Assembly: GCA_963696385.1 (NCBI GenBank)
Contig: CAVOKF010000007.1
Span: forward strand, 768,001 to 832,000
Length of the DNA: 64,000 nucleotides
Direction of reading: 5' to 3'
Origin: an uncultured delta proteobacterium
GTDB taxonomy: Bacteria; Myxococcota_A; Polyangia; Polyangiales; Polyangiaceae
Positions 48,332 to 56,657 of this stretch are shown in pieces. Every line of letters begins with the position of its first letter. Within the stretch, counting starts at the first letter, position 1. A program made the translations under genes and the position numbers. The notes under the pieces were generated by a model, which ran no database searches, was not told the DNA's origin, and worked only from the letters and a program-made list of their open reading frames with translations.

Positions 48332-49612
48332 CTACAGGGACCAGTAACAAATATTTCGCTTCATGCTGGACGGATCGAAGACGCTCTTCACGTCGGCGAC
48401 GACGCCGCCGTCGCGCACCGTCGACAGCAGACGATCGGCGCCCAGGTTCAAGTACCAGGCATGGCGGACCGCCAGGACGACGGCGTCGAGTTGCACGAGC
48501 TCTTCGAACCCGGTCAAGCGCAGGTCGTACTCGTGCATCGCCTCCAAGGGGCTCGCGAGCGGGTCGTGCATCAGCGGATGGATTCCAAATTCGCGCAGCT
48601 CGCGGACGATATCGGGAACTTTGCTGTTCCGAATGTCATGGCAGTCTTCCTTAAAGGTAAGGCCGAGAATTCCGACGCGTGCGCCTTTGACGGCAATGCC
48701 GGCATGGACGAGGAGTTTCACCACACGCTGAGCGATGTACGCGCCCATGTTGTCGTTGATGCGCCGGCCCGCCAAAATCACTTCGGGCTGATACCCGAGT
48801 TGCTGGGCTTTCATCGTCAGATAGTACGGGTCCACGCCGATGCAGTGGCCCCCCACCAAGCCGGGCGAGAACCGCGAGAAGTTCCACTTCGTTGCCGCGG
48901 CCGCCAGGACGTCCGCCGTGCGGATGCCCATTCGGTCGAAGATGATTGCGAGCTCGTTCATAAGCGCGATGTTGAGATCGCGCTGGGTATTCTCGATCAC
49001 TTTTGCGGCTTCGGCGACCTTGATGGACGGAGCGCGATGGACGCCGGCGCCGACGATCGCCCCGTAGGCGGCCGCGACGCGATCGAGCGTAGGGGCATCC
49101 TCGCCGCTCACCACCTTCGTTATTTTTTCGAGCGTGTGTTCCTTGTCACCCGGATTGATGCGCTCGGGTGAATAGCCGACCGTAAAGTCGACGCCGCGAG
49201 TCAAACCGCTCGTGCGCTCGAGGATGGGACCGCACACTTCCTCGGTGACGCCCGGATAGACGGTCGACTCGTAAACGACCACGCCTGCCGGCGACAGCGC
49301 GCGTCCCACGGTCTCGCTCGCCCGTTTCACCGGCGTCAGATCGGGAACGTCGTTGTCGTCGACCGGAGTCGGGACGGCGACGACGAAAAACGTGCACCCA
49401 CGCAGATCGGCGGGGTCGCTCGTCCACTGCACGGTCGTCGACCGAAGATCGTCGGGCGACGCCTCGTGGTTGCGATCGTATCCGCGTCGAAGCTCGTCCA
49501 GTTTTTCACGGTGCGTGTCGAATGCGACGGTCGCCGCAAACTTGCGGGCAAACGCCAGCGCGACGGGAAGTCCGACATAACCGAGCCCGATGACGGCGAT
49601 TTTTTCGTTCAT
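48332..49612 (-). CDS. Nucleotide-sugar dehydrogenase (UDP-GlcNAc/GalNAc 6-dehydrogenase, WbpO/TviB family)
   Basis: GLGYVGLP, VAVPTP, ESTVYPG, SPERINPGD, ENTQRD.NIA, GGHCIGVDPYY, FKE...D.RNS. Confidence 0.93.
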   Translation of the reverse strand: MNEKIAVIGLGYVGLPVALAFARKFAATVAFDTHREKLDELRRGYDRNHEASPDDLRSTTVQWTSDPADLRGCTFFVVAVPTPVDDNDVPDLTPVKRASETVGRALSPAGVVVYESTVYPGVTEEVCGPILERTSGLTRGVDFTVGYSPERINPGDKEHTLEKITKVVSGEDAPTLDRVAAAYGAIVGAGVHRAPSIKVAEAAKVIENTQRDLNIALMNELAIIFDRMGIRTADVLAAAATKWNFSRFSPGLVGGHCIGVDPYYLTMKAQQLGYQPEVILAGRRINDNMGAYIAQRVVKLLVHAGIAVKGARVGILGLTFKEDCHDIRNSKVPDIVRELREFGIHPLMHDPLASPLEAMHEYDLRLTGFEELVQLDAVVLAVRHAWYLNLGADRLLSTVRDGGVVADVKSVFDPSSMKRNICYWSL

Positions 49613-49749
49613 ATTCACCGACCCGAAAGTCTAGCGAGCCGTCGTCGGCCACGATCTCGACACGCACCGACCCCGCGCAGCGTTTACCCGATTCGGCGCG
49701 ACCCGGGAACCGTCACGTCCCACCGGCAACGTTGGGGTTGTGCCTTTCG

Positions 49750-50982
49750 TCAGGTGGGCCGCTTTCGGAAGGTGAGCCAACGCACTTCGATGGGACATTC
49801 GCCTCTTGGCAGGTCAAAGACGTCTTGACCCGCTGCCCATCCCTCGAACCAGCCCGTTGGCGGCCATTGCTCCGCCGGAAGATGCGATCGCTCGTAGTCC
49901 AAAACGGACTCGTCCGAAATCATGTCGAACGGGAGTCCGCCCGCTGCGTCTTGCAATTCGCGAAACGTGAAAAGGGAACTCCACATCACTTGGCTCATCT
50001 CTCGCGCCACTTCGTCCGGCTCGTACCCCCGCGTCGGCAGGAATGCGCTGAACAAGAGCAACCCGCCCGGAACCAGCAGGCGGTTGGCCGTCTCGAAAAG
50101 TGCCCTCAATTGCTGGCTGTTTCGGAAGTGCGAAACCACCTCGGCCAGCAGCACCAGACGATAATGGTTTCGAGGGACGGAACTCGATGGATCGAAGACG
50201 TCTCCCTCATACACCCGAATCGGCAGGTGTTGCGTTTCCGCGGCTTGGCGAAGAATGTTGGCGAGTGGAGCCGTCAACTCGACGGCATCGGCTCGGAAAC
50301 CCTCTTTCGCCAGCGGAATCGTGTTGCGACCGGTGCCGGCGCCGACGTCGAGCACGGCGATTTCACTAGGGGGGCCGAGGGAACGCGCCACGTTCATCAC
50401 TTTGGCATCGGGATGGTGCCCAAAAAGCGGCGGCGGACGCTCGGCGACCCACATCGCATACTCGTCGGCGAGGGATGAATGACGAATCCCCATCTTCCAC
50501 GAGATCGTTGCCTTTGGAGGGTCGTCTGTTTCGTAGATGACGTGCACACTGGAGTACGGCGATTCTTCGAACGCCTGCCTGAGAGTCTGGCTCAGCACGT
50601 GACGAAAATAGTCGGTGTCCTTGGGGGTGAAGGGGCGCCCGAGAGCCTTCCAACCCTCGCTGAACCCCTCGACGTAGTGGTCGACCAGCCCGGGTACGGC
50701 GGGCAAGAAGAGCTCGGCCTTGCCTTTCAGTCGAAGCGGCAGGCTGCGGATCATGGCTTGCTGCATGGTCTTGCGCGAGATCTTCTTGGGACTGATCTTT
50801 TTTTGAGTTGTCTTTCTTGGATTCGTATTTTTTGGAGTGCTATTTTTCGGATGTTTATCTGTAGGAGTGACCTTTTTGGGAGGGATCTTCTTCGAAGAAG
50901 TCCTCTTGGGAGGGATCTTCCTCGCAGGGGTCTTCTTGGGAGAGGTCCTCTTGGCGGCGGCAGGCTTGGCCTTCGAGCGCAT
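49750..50982 (-). CDS. Class I SAM-dependent methyltransferase with Lys-rich N-terminal tail
   Basis: VLDVGAGTGRN, AVE; N-terminal 5-residue KKxxP repeats; ATG at 50982 (an internal start near 50767 is possible). Confidence 0.8.
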   Translation of the reverse strand: MRSKAKPAAAKRTSPKKTPARKIPPKRTSSKKIPPKKVTPTDKHPKNSTPKNTNPRKTTQKKISPKKISRKTMQQAMIRSLPLRLKGKAELFLPAVPGLVDHYVEGFSEGWKALGRPFTPKDTDYFRHVLSQTLRQAFEESPYSSVHVIYETDDPPKATISWKMGIRHSSLADEYAMWVAERPPPLFGHHPDAKVMNVARSLGPPSEIAVLDVGAGTGRNTIPLAKEGFRADAVELTAPLANILRQAAETQHLPIRVYEGDVFDPSSSVPRNHYRLVLLAEVVSHFRNSQQLRALFETANRLLVPGGLLLFSAFLPTRGYEPDEVAREMSQVMWSSLFTFRELQDAAGGLPFDMISDESVLDYERSHLPAEQWPPTGWFEGWAAGQDVFDLPRGECPIEVRWLTFRKRPT

Positions 50983-51226
50983 GAGCCGATGGTGCCCGAA
51001 ATTCGGCCTGGATAGACAAGGATCCGCCATCCGTCGGAGCGGCAAAACCTTCGTGTGTCGATCCGTCGCAGGCAGGATTGGAATACGAGCGAGTGCGGAA
51101 AATATCGGAAGGGCGGAAGAAATAGCGCGGATGCAAGCCATGGAGTCCATGGCGCTCATGCAACATGTCCAAGCGCTTCAAAGGCCCCTAGGCCATGAAG
51201 AGGCCATGCCGAGCGGCCCTCGCCAC

Positions 51227-51949
51227 TCAGGCGTTCGAAACGGCCCTCACGTGCAGGTACGCCCACAAGGCGCGCGGCAGCCGCGTCGCGAGCCGCTCGC
51301 AGGCGGCGACGACAGCGGTGACGCCGCCGTGCTCGGCAAGCCGAGGACGTCCGAAATCGGGATGGAAGAGGATGCGGTGAATCGGCATCGGCTGGTGGCG
51401 CGATCGGGACACGACTCGGAACCGCGGCTCGAGCAGCCGGGACAGAAAGCGCATCGTCGAGCGGAGCTCGCCACGCTCGACCGGCAGCGCCAGGGCGTGT
51501 GCCACGACCAGAGGATTGCCGCGGGAAGGCTCGAGCACGTCGATGCGACCGCCGGGGACCAGCACCCGCGCGCACTCCGCGACGAAGCGGTCGGGCTCGT
51601 CGAGGTGGTGAACCAGATCGCGCACCACAATGTGGTCGAATGCGCCATTTTCGAAGGGCAGGTCGTACACGGAACCGACGACGAAGCGACAGCGCGGGAG
51701 CGCCACACGAGCGAACGCGATCTTGTCTTCGAAGAGATCGATCCCTGTCGCCCCCTCGGGTTCACCCAGGTGGCGAAGCGTCGCTCCCTCGCCACAGCCG
51801 ACATCGAGCACCCGGGCGCCCAGCGGCATGAACGCGGCCTGCACGAGCTCGCGTTCGCGAGGGCCTACGTAGGGGTGCTCCGTTTGCCAGGCGTAGTGTT
51901 CGGTGGCGGCGCGACCAAACGAGGACTCCAGATGCGTTTCGGTTCTCAT
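51227..51949 (-). CDS. Class I SAM-dependent methyltransferase
   Basis: VLDVGCGEG, GID, LPF....FD, HHL, RVLVPGG. Confidence 0.88.
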   Translation of the reverse strand: MRTETHLESSFGRAATEHYAWQTEHPYVGPRERELVQAAFMPLGARVLDVGCGEGATLRHLGEPEGATGIDLFEDKIAFARVALPRCRFVVGSVYDLPFENGAFDHIVVRDLVHHLDEPDRFVAECARVLVPGGRIDVLEPSRGNPLVVAHALALPVERGELRSTMRFLSRLLEPRFRVVSRSRHQPMPIHRILFHPDFGRPRLAEHGGVTAVVAACERLATRLPRALWAYLHVRAVSNA

Positions 51950-52140
51950 CGGCGTTCAAGCGTTGTCCGCCGAGGGCCGGACCGCCAAGCACTCCGAGCG
52001 TCGCAGCCGGGCCCCGGGCGCCATTCGATGCGCCGGGTGGGCGCGCAAGACGTACACCCGTACGCCTTGCTCGGCCTTCCTTGTGGCGCATCGTGCGCGC
52101 TGGCTCTTGCGCGTTGGCTCTTCGGGGACCTCAGGCGAGT

Positions 52141-52836
52141 TTAGACGCCCGTGCCCGTGCCCGTGCCCATGCCGGTCCCCGTTCCCATGCCCATACCGGT
52201 CCCTTTTCCCATTCCCTTGCCGGTGCGGGTTCCGGTTCCCTTGCCCGTGCCCTTGCCCTTTCCGCCGCCGGTGAAGGTCGATGTGCCGCCACCCATCCCG
52301 GCCCCGGTAAAGGTCGACGTTCCCATGCCGCTGCCACCGCCCCCCCCTGCCACGCACTTGGCGAAGGCCCCACCACCGCCCTTGCCCTTGCCACCTTTGC
52401 CGCCGCCAGTGAAGGTCGACGTCGAGGTCGCTGTCGCGGCGCCCGTTTCGAGGGAGGTGCAGGTCTCCGTGCCCCCACCCATCCCCATCCCCATCCCGGT
52501 GTTCATCCCCATCCCCATCCCGGTGTTCATCATCCCGGGGGGCGTACCGGCGTCGTCGCCCTCGTTGGGGTTGGTGTCGGTGGCAGGTCCCGTGTTCTGC
52601 CCGCCCGCGCCAGAGTCCTCCTCGGGAGGAGTCGTGACCGTGCCGGGGTTGTTGTTCTGAGCGGGGCCGGTGTTCGTGCCCACCGCGCTGCTCGACGACT
52701 GGTTGTTGGGCTCGACGGTATTGCCCGAATCTTCAGTTCCCTGGTCACCCGATATCGTCTCCGTCGATGAGCCACCGCACGCAATCGTCGAGGCGAGTGC
52801 CAGCGAAACCAACCCCGGGACCTTCAATTTTCTCAT
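52141..52836 (-). CDS. Low-complexity Gly/Thr/Met/Lys-rich lipoprotein
   Basis: AAAGGTGA upstream of ATG 52836; lipobox TIAC; GC3-rich codons; TSTFTG x3, (GM)n and (GT)n tracts. Confidence 0.7.
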   Translation of the reverse strand: MRKLKVPGLVSLALASTIACGGSSTETISGDQGTEDSGNTVEPNNQSSSSAVGTNTGPAQNNNPGTVTTPPEEDSGAGGQNTGPATDTNPNEGDDAGTPPGMMNTGMGMGMNTGMGMGMGGGTETCTSLETGAATATSTSTFTGGGKGGKGKGGGGAFAKCVAGGGGGSGMGTSTFTGAGMGGGTSTFTGGGKGKGTGKGTGTRTGKGMGKGTGMGMGTGTGMGTGTGTGV

Positions 52837-53496
52837 GTCATCACCTTTTTTTGCCGACGTGCGGTTTGCCGCGTCAATCGATTTTAGCGTGTCGTCAGGG
52901 TCCACGCGAGCCGTGCCCCCAGAGTCCTCGGCCGTCAGTACCGTCACCCCCGCGCGACAAGGCAACCAGTGCAACGAGATGGCAGAGGGGCGACTGCACC
53001 TCGGCCGCAAGCCACCGCCAACCAAAAGCCGGGCGCGGCTTGCGATTGAGCCGAAAAACGCGCGACAGCGCACTCCATTTCGATAGGACACCCGCGCTCT
53101 TGCCCAAGTCACGGCCCGGTTCACGATAGCCCATTCGCCCGACGTTACGCCGGGCTGCCCGTCGGGACGGAACGAGAAGCATTCGCCCCCCGCTTCTTTT
53201 CAATCTTCCTCGACGAGCCGGCCGAGGACCGGTGACAAGGATGGTGCCACGGAAAAAATCCGACCCTGACCCGCAACTTTGCAATCATCGCGGTTCGCGC
53301 TTTTTTTTCCCTGAAACGCGGAAACCGCGACGTCCCCCCGATTCGCATAAGCCTTCGTCCGGCGACACTCACCCACGCACGCGCCTTCGGCCGTTGTTTC
53401 CATTTTTTCACGTTGCGTCGAGTCCAATGCCGCAACCGATCCAGACTCACCGGACGCGCGGAGCCGATCGCGCGGCCTGTCGAGGGTCGCGCCGTC

Positions 53497-53550
53497 CGGT
53501 GACCGAAGGCCGCGATCGCCGGGGAAACCTGGACCTCGCGGCGGTCGCCG
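53497..53550 (+). other. Extended hairpin with GAAA tetraloop in a divergent intergenic region
   Basis: Stems CGGTGACC/GGTCGCCG, GCCGCGA/TCGCGGC and CCGGG/CCTGG; the G-U pairs work only on the + strand. Confidence 0.4.
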
Positions 53551-53667
53551 TAGCTGGCGGCATGTCGGCGTAATTTCCAATGTTTCCCTTCTTTTGCACT
53601 CCCGCATGCAGACTACCCAGTACCTAGGCGTCCGACATCGACGCCGACGATTCGGAGTGATTCACGC

Positions 53668-54510
53668 GTGAGGCTATCGCTCAGTACCTGTCGCACTCTC
53701 CTGCTCATCACGGGTGTCGCTCTGTACGGATGTTATTCCGGCCTCGCACTCGACGACGACGGCGGTGCGTCGGAGCCAAGCGGTGGCGACGCCGCAGTGG
53801 CCAGCTCGAACACGAGTCGCGCGAGCGCGGGATCCGCCGTCTCGGCCTCGTCGTCAACCGGTTCGACCGTCGGGAACGCAAGGAGCGGATCGAGCGCGGC
53901 CGCGTCGACGGCGGGCGGCTCGTCGGCGACCTCCGGCGCAGCCTCGAGCGACGTTTCGCCCGCGGGGGACGCGTCGCTTCCCGGAAGTTCGTCGTCGAGC
54001 CGAGGCTCATCGTCCGGAAGCTCGGCGATCGATGGAGGCTCGTCGTCGAGCCTGGGATCCGGCTCATCGTCGTCGAGCAGCGCCGCAGCCGTCGACGCCG
54101 CAGTTTACGTGTACGACACACCGGTCGAATGCAGCAGCGGCAAGATGTACACGGGGGGCACCGGCCCGACCATGGAGCCCGGGTTGAACTGTGCGGAATG
54201 CCACGGCGGAACTCTTTCGATCGACGGCACGGTCTACAAAACCGGCCACGAACCGGACGGCTGCGACGGGGTCAATGCGACGGGCTTGACCGTCGTGATC
54301 ACGGACTCAACGAACGACAAAATTACGCTCACGCCGAATTCTGTGGGAAATTTCTACTATCTTCCGTCAATTTGTCCGCCCATTACCGCGACGGTCACCT
54401 ACAATGGGAAAACCACAGCGATGACGACGCCGCAGATGGTCACCGATTGCAACAGCTGCCACACCGAGGAAGGCGCCAACGGAGCGCCGGGCCGGATCGT
54501 CCTTCCTTGA
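53668..54510 (+). CDS. Lipoprotein with Ser-rich tether and small diheme c-type domain
   Basis: Lipobox LYGC; about 120-aa Ser/Gly/Ala linker; MEPGLNCAECH (54190-54204) and DCNSCH (54448-54462); GAPGRI. Confidence 0.8.
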   Translation: MRLSLSTCRTLLLITGVALYGCYSGLALDDDGGASEPSGGDAAVASSNTSRASAGSAVSASSSTGSTVGNARSGSSAAASTAGGSSATSGAASSDVSPAGDASLPGSSSSSRGSSSGSSAIDGGSSSSLGSGSSSSSSAAAVDAAVYVYDTPVECSSGKMYTGGTGPTMEPGLNCAECHGGTLSIDGTVYKTGHEPDGCDGVNATGLTVVITDSTNDKITLTPNSVGNFYYLPSICPPITATVTYNGKTTAMTTPQMVTDCNSCHTEEGANGAPGRIVLP

Positions 54511-54572
54511 ACCTGGACTCCTGCGCCCGGGCGTGAGAGTAGGGACGTGGGATTTTAGAGGCCCGCTTTTCC

Positions 54573-55802
54573 ATGTCGATTCGTTCTGCGTGGCGGTGGT
54601 GGACGCACTTCGCGATCGTCCTCGGTGCCGTCGGGTTTGTACTCACTTGGTCGTCGGCGGCGCACGCGTACCCGTGGATGATCCGGCACGGGTACACGGG
54701 ATGCAACGCGTGCCATGCCGACCCGTCGGGCGGCAGCTTGCTGACGCCGTACGGGCGCGCGCAGGGAGAGCTCTTGCTGCGCACGCGCTACGGCAGCGAG
54801 CTTCAGACCCAAGATCCCGGTGACATCGGCAACTTTCTCTTCGGCGCCGTGACGCTGCCGGATTCGCTCTTGCTGGGGGCGGACATTCGGGCCGCGGAAT
54901 ACGACGAGGCGATCCCCGGCGCCCCTCCCGTCACGGAACTCATCTGGATGCAGGCGGACCTGGAAGGTCAGGTGACGATCGCCGACCGAATCCGTCTGAA
55001 TGCGTCGGTCGGGTACGTCCCCCAAGGCGACTTGCCCGATTCGCTGACGAGATCGGGAACCGATAACCTGATCTCGCGCGTTCACTGGGTCGGGGTGGAT
55101 CTCGGCGCCGACAAGGATTGGACGCTGAGGGCGGGCAAGATGAACTTGCCGTTCGGCATTCGATCGGTCGAGCACACCTACTGGGTTCGAACCGCCACCG
55201 GCACGGACATCGACTCGACTCAGGAATACGGCGCCGCCGCCGCGTACAACGGCAACTCGCTGCGCGGCGAATTGATGCTCATCGCGGGCAACTTCGAGGT
55301 CTCGCCCGATGATTTCCGCCAGCGCGGGTACGCCGGGTACGTCGAGTGGGCGCCGATCGAGAAGCTCGGGGTCGGGGTGAGCTCGCTCGCCACGCATACC
55401 GCCGACGACATCACGCTCCTAACGCCCGCTTGGCGACAGGCGCACGGCGTCTTCGGGCGCTATTCGCCGTTACTGCCCCTGGTGATCACGACGGAATGGG
55501 ACGCGACGATCGTGTCGCAGCCGGCCACGGCGACCATCGCCGCAAAAAGCACGCTGGGCTTGGCCGGGATGCTGCAAGCCGATGTCGAAGTCCTGCAAGG
55601 CGTCCACCTGAGCACGACCGGCGAGTTTCTGAACTCGGATCTTTCCGGCATGCCCTCCTCCTTCGGGTGGTGGGCGACGGCATGGTGGTTTTTCGGACCG
55701 CACATCGACTTGCGAGCCGATGCGATTCTTCAAAACCTGCCGAGCGGCTCGACGCGGACGTCGGCGACGACGTTGCTCGCACAGCTTCACGCTTTTCTCT
55801 GA
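54573..55802 (+). CDS. Outer-membrane beta-barrel with N-terminal monoheme motif (Cyc2-like architecture)
   Basis: Signal peptide AHA, then YPWMIRHGYTGCNACH...LTPYGR; RAGKMNLPFG porin-type motif; amphipathic strands; ends QLHAFL. Confidence 0.75.
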   Translation: MSIRSAWRWWTHFAIVLGAVGFVLTWSSAAHAYPWMIRHGYTGCNACHADPSGGSLLTPYGRAQGELLLRTRYGSELQTQDPGDIGNFLFGAVTLPDSLLLGADIRAAEYDEAIPGAPPVTELIWMQADLEGQVTIADRIRLNASVGYVPQGDLPDSLTRSGTDNLISRVHWVGVDLGADKDWTLRAGKMNLPFGIRSVEHTYWVRTATGTDIDSTQEYGAAAAYNGNSLRGELMLIAGNFEVSPDDFRQRGYAGYVEWAPIEKLGVGVSSLATHTADDITLLTPAWRQAHGVFGRYSPLLPLVITTEWDATIVSQPATATIAAKSTLGLAGMLQADVEVLQGVHLSTTGEFLNSDLSGMPSSFGWWATAWWFFGPHIDLRADAILQNLPSGSTRTSATTLLAQLHAFL

Positions 55803-55983
55803 TCCCCGATGCCTGCCCCCCTCAGCGCAAGCGCGCGGCGAAGATCGAGGCGCTGCGCGCGTTGCAGGGGCTACGCGGGCGATCGCCCAGGTATGGCGTG
55901 CCCCGCGACAAGAACGGGCCGACCCGGGGGGTGGCTTTGGATCGCGCTGACCCGTCCGATCGGCACCGCGCGCGTCCGACGCA

Positions 55984-56490
55984 TTAGGCGGCGTTTGGCC
56001 CAAACCGCCGGCGTGCGAACCAGAGCCCAAAGACGGCGAGGAGCACGGCGCCGGTGACTCCCTCGCCCTGCCCGTGCACCGCTGCCGGCGCGAGCCCACA
56101 GCCGTAAAGAGTCTTCGGGGCGTCGAGCAAGATCTTATCGAGATTCGGGTTGGTGCCGCTCGTGATGTCGGCAATGAGCGGCCCGTAATACCCGTTGGCT
56201 TGGATGGCCGTAATGGCTTTGCAGGCGGTCCCCGCTCCCTGGTACGGCAACGCTCCGAACGCATACATCAGCGTGCCAAAATCGGACATGGGCAGGTTGC
56301 CCCCCGCATTAACGTGGCAAAGCTGGCAGCCAATGGGCGGAAACTGCATTTCGACCGTATCGCTCCCCGTCAGGTTCAGACAGGTGTCGACGTCGTGGGG
56401 AAACTCCGGGGTCGCGCGCGCGATCGACGCCGATGCCAGGGCACCGAGGAATGCGAGCGTGGCGAGCGTGGCTTTCGGCGCGTCGTTCAC
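55984..56490 (-). CDS. Exported monoheme protein with MYXO-CTERM-like anchor
   Basis: GTG at 56490, signal peptide ARA; CQLCH (56314-56328); tail GC...hydrophobic helix...RRR. Confidence 0.7.
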   Translation of the reverse strand: MNDAPKATLATLAFLGALASASIARATPEFPHDVDTCLNLTGSDTVEMQFPPIGCQLCHVNAGGNLPMSDFGTLMYAFGALPYQGAGTACKAITAIQANGYYGPLIADITSGTNPNLDKILLDAPKTLYGCGLAPAAVHGQGEGVTGAVLLAVFGLWFARRRFGPNAA

Positions 56491-56657
56491 TTCGGGGTCC
56501 TTCTGGCGGCGGCGAGCGCGGGTGCAGCGGCGGCCGCATCGGCGCCGAGGACCGTAACCCAATCGCCCCGAAAGTATAGATGCCGTCGCGCCGCGCGTCC
56601 ATATGAGCTGAAACGGACGTGAGAAGAGGGACGAGCCCCGACCCCGACCCGCGAATC

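Noticed and set aside
51130..51210. Cluster of CATG motifs and a GCCATGG-AGT-CCATGGC inverted repeat between two methyltransferases
   Set aside because: Short, with no convincing ORF or known motif; cannot be separated from chance
53231..53375. Partial resemblance to a cobalamin riboswitch (AATCCG...CTGACCCGCAACT)
   Set aside because: The GGGAA, ACTG/GGGAAG and a clear 3' B12 box are missing, and there is no B12-related gene downstream; an Rfam scan would settle it
53505..53545. Hairpin as group II intron domain V or SRP RNA
   Set aside because: Stem geometry and catalytic triad do not fit, there is no RT gene, and the SRP loop motif is absent
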